From the NCBI GenBank assembly GCA_013265495.1, contig MU058366.1, positions 1-64,000 of the forward strand: DNA of 64,000 bases, written 5' to 3'. The position numbers and the translations under genes were made by a program. Source of the stretch: Vicugna vicugna. Lineage: Eukaryota. The notes below the pieces were generated by a model. It was not told the DNA's origin. It saw only the letters and a list, made by a program, of their open reading frames with translations, and searched no databases. Shown one piece after another: positions 25,920-38,200 of this stretch (the first letter of the stretch is position 1; the number at the start of each line of letters is the position of its first letter).

Positions 25920-26113
25920 TACAAAAATCAGCAGACTAAGGCCTATGAGCCAAATTTGTCTCATGGTCTGTTTTTGGAGAGCCTTTGAAATTAGAAGGAT
26001 TTTACATTTTTAAAGAGTTGTAAAGAAAAGAAGAGGAAGAAGAGACTGGATGTAGCTCACAAAGCCCAGCACCTTTACTATCCATCCCATTCCAGAAAAT
26101 GCTTCCTAACCCT
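25920..26113. mobile_element. MER58-like hAT-Charlie remnant
   Basis: Degenerate MER58-type motifs (gctcacaaagccc...tttactat...ccagaaaatg). Confidence 0.45.
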
Positions 26114-26260
26114 AGACATAGAATATTAAGAATTCTTATGCTGCAAAGAACAGAATACTCAATGAACAGTGTTTTTAAAAGTTAGGATTTTTTTTAAAAA
26201 AATCAATTTGGAGATGTATTGTTAGTTGCATCAACTCAGCTACTAAAGAATGTCATGAGA

Positions 26261-26747
26261 TTGGATAAAGAAGATGTGGTATATTTACACAATGGAATAC
26301 TACTCAGCCATAAAAACTGACAACATAACGCCATTTGCAGCAACATGGATGCTCCTGGAGAATATCATTCTAAGTGAAGTAAGCCAGAAAGAGAAAGAAA
26401 AATACCATATGAGATCGCTCATATGTGGAATCTAAAAAGAAAACCCACACAAACAAAGCATAAATACAAAACAGAAACAGACTCATAGACATAGAATACA
26501 AACTTGTGGTTGCCAAGGGGGTGGGGGGTAGGAAGGGATAGTCTGGGAGTTCAAAATTGTAGAATAGATAAACAAGATTATACTGTATAGCACAGGGAAA
26601 TATATACAAGATCTTGTGGTAGCTTACAGAGAAAAAAATATGACAATGAATATATATATGTGCATGTATAACTGAAAAATTGTGCTCTATACTGGAATTT
26701 GACACAACATTGTAAAATGATTATAAATCAATAAGAAATGTTAAAAA
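26261..26747 (+). mobile_element. 5'-truncated young L1 3' end
   Basis: ORF2 end plus 3'UTR plus A tail; 16-bp TSD aaagaatgtcatgaga (26245-26260) and aaagaatgtaatgaga (26748-26763). Confidence 0.9.
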
Positions 26748-28234
26748 AAAGAATGTAATGAGACATAAAAGGGCAAAATAGCATTTGATAATCTCAATAG
26801 TTTTATAAAAACATTTATCAAAATTCAGCTTCCATTCATAATAAAGTCATTGGGAAATTGGGATTGCAAGGGACATCCTTATCCTGATGAAGATCTGCAG
26901 AAAACTTAGAGTCACTTTTGTACTTGGTAGTGAAACTCAGAAATCCTTCTAAGATCAGGACAAGACACAGCTAACAGGTATCACCATCTCTATTTAATAT
27001 TTTACTAGAAATTCTAGCCAGTATCCTTAGGAGAAAAAATTAAAATTTAAGATTGAAAAGGAATAAAGAAAACTGTTACTGTTGGAAGATTAAATAAATG
27101 GATGACAGATAGTAGGACCTAGATTTCTCATTGTTCGAGAGGGTAATTATAAATAAATAAGATGGAAAGGCTAGAATAAATCATGTGATGCTGAATTAAA
27201 GTTGCAGACAATAATGTGAATTCATGTTTTCCTAATACAGAAACAAAAGGATATTTATAGAAATAATTATAGATATATGTACATATTGGGGTTAGTATAT
27301 TTCCTAGCTCTGCTGACCGAGAGGGCCTAGAAGCAATGACACCCCAGGAGCAATGAGCACACCCAGATCTATGTTTCTAATACCATGCTCCAATAAAAAG
27401 AACCAAGGATCCATGGAGAATGAACAACTCTAGGACTGGGCCAAGGAAAATGCAATATGAACCTGGAGTGTCTTGTGGTTCCAGAAAGTAAGGAAGTGCT
27501 CAAAAAGGGGAGGGGTAGTGGATGGGAAAATGTCAAAGAAATACAGGTGCTTCTAATGGCCAAGCTGGAAGAATATGAGCCAACAAAATAAATAAAGTAG
27601 CAATTAAAATTTGGATGTCTGCTGAAGACACTGCTTCCTCTCAGTCTTTCCCACCATTTGGGCACTGAATTCCCCAACAATGATTCCAGTGGTAGAATCT
27701 TCATTGGATGAGCAGGCATGAATAACTAGGAAGACAGTTGATTACAGCATTAAGCAAGGATAGGAGAGCAACAACGTGGAAGCAGCAGTTAAGAACCCTG
27801 AGGACATCAACCCAGCTTCTATGTCTAAGGTTGCGTGATATGATAAAAAAAAACTGACTTCTACTTGCAGTCTTGTCTTAAACCCACTCATTTGGTAAAA
27901 CCCACTAAGCAGCAGAATGATGGAGGAGAAAAATCACACAGCTCTGCAACTAGCGTCTTTAAATCCATGACCATAAATTGTTAGTGTGAGAAGGTGCAAG
28001 GAATGCCTCTTGAAGCAATTAAAATCACTTTAAATGAATGGAAAGGAGCCTTTAATGAGAAACTTAAGTAGCTGTCTCAGCAATCTTATGCAAAGAGTGT
28101 TCTGAGCTTTATCTAGCCTCAAACTCCCATACTGTAGATATAATGGAGTTTTTGTTTTTTGCAGACAGGCCACACTTTTCTTGTTGATCCTAGTTGTCTT
28201 AGTACTTGATCTTATATTTCATTTATACTTTCAG

Positions 28235-28328
28235 ATTATATTTAAGAATCAAGCAAGCAGACCATATAACATCTACCCTCACGGAATCACTGATGTCAGT
28301 CCTTTGCACTCAGGGAGATTTCCAAAAA
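28235..28328 (+). CDS. F8: Factor VIII exon 10 (A2)
   Basis: tcag|ATTATA...CCAAAAA|gtaagt; 94 nt; IIFKNQASRPYNIYPHGITDVSPLHSGRFPK. Confidence 0.96.
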
Positions 28329-29336
28329 GTAAGTGTTACCTCACTTTTATATGTCTTACTTACCTGTAGATACAGATGAGGTCACAGCCCCAATAATAAT
28401 TTTATACATTCTTCCCCACATATGTCATTTTTCTCTGGCCATCATTTTCTTCATGTTTATCCTACTTGGGGTTCACTGATCTTCCTTGATCTGTAAATGT
28501 ATGTTTGAAAATATGATTTCCCACACCCTTGATAGCTAGTCTTTTAAAATCCTACTAATCTGGTAGTTGAAAAGTGGTATTTCATTGTTGCCTTTATTTT
28601 AATTTCTTTAATTTCTTTTTTTTTAATTTCTTGTAGTGTTGATCATCTTTTCACACTTTTACTGACCATCTGGGTTTTTTCTACTGCGCCCTTTCCCATT
28701 CCCTCTCCTCTATTCTCCCATTTCTCAATGGCTGCCAGCCATACTTTTACTTTTATAAAACTAAAGGTGATAACATTTACATTTTGTACTGTTATTTTAA
28801 ATAACTCCTTGCTTTGTCTATATATTTATTCTAAACTTAAAAAAACAGCATTTATATTGCTTTAGTGTGTGTTTCTTATTGTAAGTATATGAGTTTACTG
28901 TAGAACTAGGTGATATGCTATGATTGTTCTTTTGTCTACACCTCTAGTCTTTGGCATCTATTCAGGTCATTGCGGCTTTGATGTCTCTTTTTTTTAGCAC
29001 TTGAGATATTTTTCTCCTCATACATTTTCAGTTATGTAGTTAAAATGGTTTTAAAATATTGCTATCTTTTATTTCTATGTATTTGTAATAGTGGGTAGAC
29101 CTGCCAATTTCAATTCAAACTAACGTGCTAGCAAAAATCTCCCAGACACATTTTTATTGTAAAAGAAAATGTGTGAATCTTAAACTTATAAGAGGTACAA
29201 TTTTAGTTTTCATTTATTGAGAAATTTCATATGTGCATATAAATTTGTAGAGCCCTTGCAATAAAAACAACATGATTACTAATATATGGCTTGTTACACT
29301 TCTAATCAAGCTATTTGGGGGTTTGGATGTGGGTAG

Positions 29337-29551
29337 GTGTGAAACATTTGAAAGATATGCCAATTCTGCCAGGAAAGATATTCAAGTATAAATGGACAGT
29401 GACTGTAGAGGATGGGCCAACTAAATCAGATCCTCGGTGCCTAACCCGCTATTACTCAAGCTTCGTTAATCTAGAGAAAGATATAGCTTCAGGGCTCATT
29501 GGCCCTCTCCTCATCTGCTACAAAGGATCTGTAGATCAAAGAGGAAACCAG
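29337..29551 (+). CDS. F8: Factor VIII exon 11 (A2; 558-565 loop, R562)
   Basis: ggtag|GTGTGA...ACCAG|gtgagt; 215 nt; VKHLKDMPILPGKIFKYKW...ICYKGSVDQRGNQ. Confidence 0.96.
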
Positions 29552-30869
29552 GTGAGTTCATCTCTTTCCAAGTGCTGGTTTTGAAGCTAAATTGAAATGA
29601 CAACGCATACGAACTTCCAGATAACGTTTCCTATACTCTCTCAGAAAATATTGGCCAATAATAGAAATGAGCTCATTTATTATACGAAAGACTAGACATC
29701 CTCCCTGGATGTTTTATCGTGGGTGACTACAAGTTAACTTATCTGCAGCATCTAGCATAGTGCACAAGATTTAGTAGGCGTTCAATAAATATTTGTTGAG
29801 CAAAATACAGGGCAAGATATAAAATATTTCAGAATATGATTAGAATTTGGAGCACTTCTGCTGTTTTAGAAAAACAAGGTTAATTACTCTGAATTTGAAA
29901 AGCTTAGTTCTTCACAAAAACTCATTGTTTGGTTCCATATTGCTTAGGCTTGACTACATGTCCATTTGGTTATTTATGATATATAGGATTCCTACTTGTC
30001 AGGAAACATTTTATGACCTTTAATGCAGGTAAAACATGTGGCACACAAATCCACAGAGGTGTCAGTTTGGCCATGTGCCTGTCCTGACTAATTTTTCCTA
30101 ATTATAGCTTTTCCATCAGTTTTTGGAAGATGACTAAAATGTACCTATATTCTCCAATCTCCTCCCTTCAGCATTTTGGTTTCTGTAGCAATAGGTTATA
30201 CAAAATAAAATTTATAATATTAGTGAAGTTTGCACATCTTAGTGGACTCAATTAGCAAGTGACTAACTCATGACTTTGGTTCATATGCAGTGTTCTTCTG
30301 AAAAAAACTTTAAACCTTGTAAATGGAAAACTTAAAAGTATTAGTGTTAGTTAGCATTTCATGGTTCATCTTGGCTTTGTTATTTGATTTCTGTTTTGTA
30401 TTTTTAACTTTTTATAGGTTAGTAGCTTTGTGGAAGGGCATTTTCTAGATGAAAGTTTAAGGAAGGCATTAATCTTACTTGACTTGACTAAATTGTTTAA
30501 GAAAGGCATTGAATAATCACTTAGATCTTTAAAGAGTGAAAATCCTGTAATCTGAACACAGAAAGAATGATGCTACAGATTCTACCCAAAAAATCAGCCA
30601 GAGTATGGACTTGTGACTGGAGGAAAATTAAGTTTAATGGGTCCAGTCACCCTCTTGCCCTGAAGACACATTTGTTCTAAACATACTCACTGTTCATAGC
30701 ACCCACTCCCACTCCCAGGCCCTGGGACATGCCATAGTAGTAAGTGGAATTGAACCAAAGGACTATAGATATATCATATGCATGCCATCACTTCCATCAC
30801 AGACTGCTAATTTCCACCTGTCAAAACTGGTAACATTTCTTTCTTTCTTTCAATGCATATAATTAACAG

Positions 30870-31020
30870 ATGATGTCAGACAAGAGAAATGTCATCCTGT
30901 TTTCTGTATTTGATGAGAATCAAAGCTGGTACCTCACAGAGAATATTCAGCGCTTCCTCCCCAATGCAGATGGAGTGCAGCCCCAGGACCCAGAGTTCCA
31001 AGTCTCCAACATCATGCACA
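30870..31020 (+). CDS. F8: Factor VIII exon 12 (A2)
   Basis: acag|ATGATG...GCACA|gtaagc; 151 nt; MMSDKRNVILFSVFDENQSWYLTENIQRF...SNIMH. Confidence 0.97.
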
Positions 31021-31489
31021 GTAAGCAAAGCAGCACTTGAGTGCAGCGGGTAATGAATAAAGGGAAACTGAAGCCACCAAACTGAAGTCCAGTTAATGCA
31101 TTAATCTATATGCCATGCAAAAGTCATGTTTCCTTAAAAATTGTTACATATGAACATATACAATTTTATATAAATGCATAAATATGATCATAAAATGTAT
31201 TTTTTCTTTTAGAAGGCATCAAATATCTAGAAAAGTTTGTTTTTAAAGGGTAAATCAAATAAAGATACAGTTTTCATTTACCCAAACATACACAAGCCAT
31301 CCTTAATATAAAATGCACTCACTTGGTAAATTACACCAGAAGGACACGGGGAATGCAATTTTACATGTGAAAAACAATTGCCAGCTATAACAATTTAACA
31401 GTCAGATTAATGAAGGCATTATACCCTTAAAAAAATCTTTTTTTCAACTTTATCAAGATGTAATTGACAAATTAAAATTATATATATTT

Positions 31490-31572
31490 GGGGGGGAGGG
31501 ACATAGCTCAGTGATAGACCACATGTTTAGCACACATGAGGTCCTGAGTTCAATCCCCAGTATGTCTAAAGC
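31490..31572 (+). mobile_element. tRNA-Ala-derived short SINE (Vic-1-like)
   Basis: gggggagggacatagctcagtgatag...gagttcaatccccag; 14-bp TSD with 2 mismatches (31476-31489, 31573-31586). Confidence 0.8.
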
Positions 31573-31755
31573 AATTGTACATATTTAAAGCATACAATGT
31601 GATCTTTTTGATATTTACTTGGCTTCCCCTTCCCTTTTACCTGCCCATTGCCTTCTATATTATACCTTTCCACTAACCATTTTGTGTCCAGGTAACCCAT
31701 GTTAGAATATATTGTTCCTGTGATTATATAATCATGTACAAGGACATACGGCCAC

Positions 31756-32070
31756 TGTACTAGTCTGCTAGGCTTGCCGTAACAAAGTGCCGCAGACTGG
31801 CTGGTTGCAACAATATACATTTATTTCCTTACAGTTCCTGAGGCTGTTTCCTCACATGGTCTTTCCGCTGTGCATGCACATGTCTGTGTACAAATTTCCT
31901 CTTCCTATAAGGACACCAATCATATAGGGTTAGAACCCACCGTAATGACCTCATTTTTAAAGAATTACTTGTTTACAGACCCTATCTCTAAATGCAGTCA
32001 CATTCTGAGGTATTAGGAGTTAGAACTTCAACACACGAATTTGAGTGGGAGGAACATTCAGTCTATAACA
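31756..32070. mobile_element. MaLR (MLT1B/C-like) LTR
   Basis: tgtactagtctgctagg...acattcagtctataaca termini and MLT1 internal motifs. Confidence 0.7.
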
Positions 32071-32469
32071 TACATACCCATGTGTTTATACACACACACA
32101 AATTTGAATGGTCAAAAATATGATAAAAATTTCAACCTCACTACAGGGAAATGCAAAATAGAATACCATTGCAGTAGCACTTTTTACCTATCAGACTGGC
32201 AAAATTATAAGATAGTACTAGTGGGCTTGTGAGTAAAAGAGTGTTGTCATACAATGCTAGCAGATAACTAGCAGTCTTTTTGAAACCAATCTGATTGAAA
32301 CCACTGAAATTAAAAGTATGTGCCTTCTGGAGCCCTGGTTCTGGTTAAGACAGAATAAGCACATGTCACTCTGTCTATCCTACCAACTGCAACCATTCTT
32401 ACTTGCATTCTGTAGGATAGTTAAGGATTTTACCTTAATGCATGGAGCAGCCATCTGAGAATGTTGAAA

Positions 32470-33640
32470 AGGTAAATTAAGGAAGGAGACTAGAAAGAAT
32501 TAAAAGCATGCAGATTGGAAGTAAAGAAATAAAACCGAATATGACATGATTATCTACATAAAAAACTCACAAACTACACAAAAAAGCTCCTAGAACTAAT
32601 AAGTGAGTTTAGTCTGATTGCAGAATGCAAAGTCAACCTGCAAAAGTCAGTCATATTTCCATGTAACAACAGCAAACTGTTGGAAATCTAAATTATGAAA
32701 ATAATACCATTTATAATAGCTCAAAACTGAAATAAATGTAACAAAACATGTGCAGGACCTGTACACTGAAAATTACAAAACACTGACGAAAGACATTTTA
32801 AAACATCTAAAAAAGTGAGACACATACAACGTTCACAAATTGGAAGACTCATAAAGATGTCAGCTATTCCCAAAATCATCCATATATTTAATGCATTATT
32901 AAAATCTCAGCAGGATTTTTTGTTGGTAGGGAAAAGTACTTTATAAAATTTATATGGAGAGGAAAAGGAACTAGAATAGCCAAGACAACTTTGAAAAAGA
33001 AAAATTAAGTTGGGGGGGCTCCTATTACCTGATTTTAAGACTTACTATAAAGCTACAGTAACCAAGATAGCAGTGTATTGACAAAGATGAATGACTTAGA
33101 ATACATACTGCAGAAACACACATACATACATGATTCACTGATTTTTGATGAGGATAGAAATGCAATAACATTGGAACAATTGATCATCCATATAAAAAAG
33201 ATGAACCTCGACCTAAATCTCACACTTACAGATTAAGTCAAAATGTTTCACAGAAAATGTAGAGGAAATTTTTCATGACTTGGAGCTAGGCAAAGTGTTC
33301 TGATAGATGATGCCAAAATCAAAATTCATAGAATGAAAAACTTGATAAATTGGATTTCATCAAAATTAAAAGCTTTTCCTCTAAAAAAGATATTGCTAAA
33401 GAGAATGAAAAGACAAGCCACAGATTGGTAGGAAATATTTGCAAATCACATATCCGTATCTAAAATCTCAGACTCAATGGTGAGAAAACAAGCCAACCTC
33501 TAAAACTGGACAAACGATTTGAACTGACACATTACCACAGAAGATATATGGAAGGGAAATAAGTACATGAAAAAATGGTCAGTATCATTAACCATTAAGG
33601 AAATGCATATTAAAACCGCAGTGAGATACCTGTACATGTC
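32470..33640 (+). mobile_element. Old L1 ORF2 remnant
   Basis: Degenerate ORF2 motifs (gattttaagacttactataaagctacagtaa, aatatttgcaaatcacat). Confidence 0.7.
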
Positions 33641-34460
33641 TATGATTAGAAGGTATCATACTGTCTTGAAATTTTACAGAAAGGCTGCAAGGATAGTAGA
33701 GAACTCCCATATACCCTTTATCCAGGTTCACTCATTTTTAACATTTTTCTGTGTTTGCTTTATTTCTCTTTCCCTTATGTATCTATTTTTATTACTTATT
33801 TTCCATTTGGGAATAGGTTGTAGAAATTATTAGCCCATTTAACTCTTAATACTTCATTGTGTATTTCTGATGAATAATGATATTCTCTTACATAACTAAA
33901 GAGTTGTGAAATTCAGAAAATTCAACATTGATGCATTATGTAATACATTGACACTATACATTTATCTAACTGGCAGCCAATATTTCAGTTGTATCCATCA
34001 ATGCTGTCTTTTGTAGCTGGATCTAGTTGTCCTACTTCTTTGAAATCTGTTTCCTTGAATTTGGAACATGAGCAGATACTAATTTTTATCACCAGATCAA
34101 GTTTAGTTTTTCTGTTTTATTCCTCTGTGTAGTTGTCATTTTTCTCCTTGCAACTAATAAGGAATTTGTAGGGAGATATTTTGAGGCCATGCAAATGCCC
34201 AGCTCTTCATCAAACTGCCCCCCAAAATATAGCATCTAAATCCATCATAACCATGATGGTCTATGACTCTCTTCACTTTGAGATTAGATCTTAGCTGATC
34301 AAGTATTAATAATTTATGTTTTTGGAAGCTATAATGTTATCTCTTCTTGGGAATAAGGTAACAGACATAACATATAATCATTTCTAACCATATCATGACA
34401 ATCCAAAATAATAAATCCAGATACTGCTAAAAAAACTTTTATTCTCCATTTCTTTTGCAG

Positions 34461-34670
34461 GCATCAATGGCTATGTTTTTGATAGCTTGCAGTTGTCAGT
34501 TTGTTTGCACGAGGTGGCATATTGGTACATTCTAAGTGTTGGGGCACAGACTGACTTCCTCTCTGTCTTCTTCTCTGGATATACCTTCAAACATAAAATG
34601 GTCTATGAAGATACACTTACCCTATTCCCCTTCTCAGGAGAAACTGTCTTCATGTCAATGGAAAACCCAG
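34461..34670 (+). CDS. F8: Factor VIII exon 13 (A2)
   Basis: gcag|GCATCA...CCCAG|gttagt; 210 nt; INGYVFDSLQLSVCLHEVAYWYILSVG...MSMENP. Confidence 0.97.
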
Positions 34671-35207
34671 GTTAGTTATTTATATTATTCTTTTACTAAC
34701 AGCTGTGATTGCTTCATGAGACATTCATATGGTCTTTTGCCCTCTAGATCATATTTGTGTCAATACTAAATGATTCAAGTGATTTTGGTAATTGCAAGGC
34801 ATTTTAATGATAGCACCACATCAAGTATTTAACTTAAAGATCTTTGCTCTAAAATGTTCCTTTACTTACTGTGGGCCAAAATTTTAAGTGTGTTTACTGA
34901 ATTATAGTGGCAAATATACTTTTATATATGCAATTAACATGTAGGCACTAAATATACTTCTATGTGCCTTGTGAACATTGGTATTGTTGGATAAATACCA
35001 GCTAGAAGCCTTTGGGAAGGTCATAATAATCTCCTTTAAGACATATACCCTAAAAACCACTCTGAAGCGTTCAGGACGAACGTGGCTGTCAGGATCTTGA
35101 AGAGATATCTATACTCCCATGTTTTTGCAGCTTTATTCACAGTAGCTAAGCTGTGGAAACAACCTAAGTGTCCATTAAAGGATGAATGGATTAAAAAATA
35201 TGATATA

Positions 35208-38200
35208 GGAGACAGCGTAAGATGATGGAGTACAAAGGCCCTGCGCTCACCTCCTCTCATGGGCACACCAAAATCATAACTATCTGTAGAACAACCATGA
35301 ATGAAAAAGATCAGAACCTACCAGAAAAGATGTTCTACAACTAGAGATATAAAGAAGGAACCAAATGAGATGCGTAGGAGCAGAGTCGTGATACAGTAAA
35401 GACCCATAGATTCAGCTGGGCGACCCAGAAATGGGAGAATAATTACAACTGCAGAGACTATCCCAAAGGAGTGAGAGTTCTGAGCCCCATGTCAGTCTTC
35501 CAAGCCTGGGTGTCATGCACCAGGAAGATGAGCTTCCAGAATATTTGGCTTTATAGGCCAGCAGGGCTTACTTTTGTGAGTCCCAGAGAGCTGAGGGAAA
35601 TAGAGACTTCACTCTTAAAGGGTGCACACAAAATCTCACCCACTCTGAGACCCAGGGAAGAAGCATTAATTTGACAGGAGCCTGGGTCAGATCCACCTGC
35701 TGATCTAGAGAGTCTACAAGGGAGGCAGGAGGCCAGTGCAGCTCACCCTGGGGACATAGACACTGGTGGCAGCTAATTTTTGGCACTCCTTCTAGCACAT
35801 GGACAGTGGTGCTGGAAAGCACCATTTTGGAATCCTCTCTCTAGCTTATTAGCCCCAAGACTCAGTCCAGCCCTGGGCCAATGGTCTATAGGCACAAGTT
35901 CTGGGACAACTCAGCCCAAGCAACTAACTGGGTACAGACAGAGCCCTACCCACCATCAGACAGGCTGCCTTAAGAACCCCTGAGGCTACAGTTGCCCTTG
36001 GACATGGCCCTGCCCACCAGGCGATCAAGGACATGCCCCACAAACCAGTGTACAGACACTACACTTGAGACCCCAGGGCCTTCCAGCCAGAGACTCTGGG
36101 TCCCAGCTCTACTCACCCAGGGGCAGGAATCATCCCCATAGTCCCCTGGGCCTTGGCCCCACCCAATAGGGAGCCTGCTCTAAGCTTGGGACCAGCCTCA
36201 CCCACCAGTAGGCAGACACCAACCACAAGAAAACTACAGCCCTGCAATCTGCAGACCCAGCCCACCCACCAGCAGGCCAGACTCTGCCAGGGATCAGCAG
36301 GGCCTAAGCCCCTCCCACAAGCAAGCCAACCAACACAAGCTAAAAGACACCCCAGGCCCCACAGCCAAATTGGTCAGGAACTGGCCCCACCTACCAGCAA
36401 TCTATCACCTGTTCTGAGACCCCTGAGCCCTGCAACTGGATAGGATAGGTTCTGCCTGCCAGTAAGCCAGCACTTGCCTCAGGACCTGGCTTTATCCACT
36501 AGTTGAGGGGAACAGCCCAAGGGTTTCCTGGACCCTGACTCTGCCAACCAGTAACCCAGCACTAGCTGTGAGACCCACCAACCAGCACCTGGCAGCCTCT
36601 ACACAAGGCAGGACATGGCAACCAACCAGACCGGGGGTCAACCAAGCCTACCAGATTGCCCACATAGCCATCCCACCCACCACAACAGAAAGACCCATGC
36701 AGCTCTCTTAAGGCAAACCCCTAGAGCACATAGCTCTGGTGATGAGAGGAGGCTTCACTGCTGGGATACATGAATCATCTCCTACAAAGGGCCACTTCTC
36801 CAAGGGGAGAAATGTAACTAACCAACCACATACATAAAAATATAAACAGCAACTTAGACAAAATGAGGTGACAGAGGAATATGTTCCAGACAAAGGAACA
36901 AGATAAAACTCCAGAAGAAGAACTAAGTGAAGTGGAGATAGCCAATCTACCTAAGGAAGAATTCAGGGCAATGGTCATAAACATGATGAAAGAACTCAGA
37001 AGAAGAATGGATGGACACAGAGAGAAGTTAGAAGTTTTTAACAAAGGGTTAGAAAATATAAAGAAAAACCAAACAGAGATGATGAATACAATAATGGAAA
37101 TGAAAAAATACAATAGAAGGACTCAACGTGAGACTAAATAATTCAGAAGAATGGATCGGTGAGCTGGAAGACAGAGTAGTGAAAATCACTGATGGTAAAC
37201 AGAAAAAAAGAAAAAAGAATGAAAAGAAATGAGGACAATTTAAGAGACCTCTAGGACAACATCAAGCCCACTAATATTCACATTATAAGGATCCCAGAAG
37301 GAGGAGAGGTAGAAAGCGGCTGAGGACATAATTTAAGATATAATAGCTGAAAACTTCTCTAACCTGGGAAAGCAAACAGTCACCCAAGTCCAGGAAGTGC
37401 AGAGAGTCCCATACAGGAGTATCCCAAAGAGGAATCATGATACATTGTAATTAAAATAGCAAAAATTAAAGATACAGTATTAAAAAGCAACAAGGGAAAA
37501 GCAACAAATAACATACAAGGGAAGTCCCATAAAGTTATCAACTCACTTTTCAACAGAAGTGCTAGGCCAGTAGAGAGTGGCACGATATATTTAAAGCAAT
37601 GGAAGGGAAGAACCTACGACCAAGAATACTCTGTCTCACAAGACTCTCATTTGGATTTGATGGTGAAATCAAAAGCTTTACAAACAAGCAAAAAGTGAAA
37701 GAATTCAGCACCATCAAACTAGATTTCCAACAAATGTTAAAGAAACTGCTCTAAAATGAAAACACAATGATAAAAAATCTATGGGACACAGCAAAACCAC
37801 TTCTAAGAGGGACATTTATAGTGATACAAGCTTCCTCAGGAAACAAGAAAATACTCAAATAAACAAACCACCTAATGGAACTAGAGAAAGAAGAACAAAG
37901 CCCAAAGTCAGTAGAAGGAAGGAAATCATAAAGATCAGAACAGAAATAAAGATTTTAAAAATCAGTAGAAAAGATCAAAGAAATCAAAATCTAGTTCTTC
38001 AAAGAGAGAAACAAAACTGATAAACTTTTAGCCAAATTCATCCCAAAAAAGGGAGGGAGAGAAGGTCCAAAACAATAAAATCAGAAATGAGAAAAGAGAA
38101 GTTACTACCAACACCAAAGAAATACAAAGGAGCCTAAGACGCTACTAGAAACAACCATATGCCAATAAAATGTACAACCTAGAAGAAATGGAAATATTTT

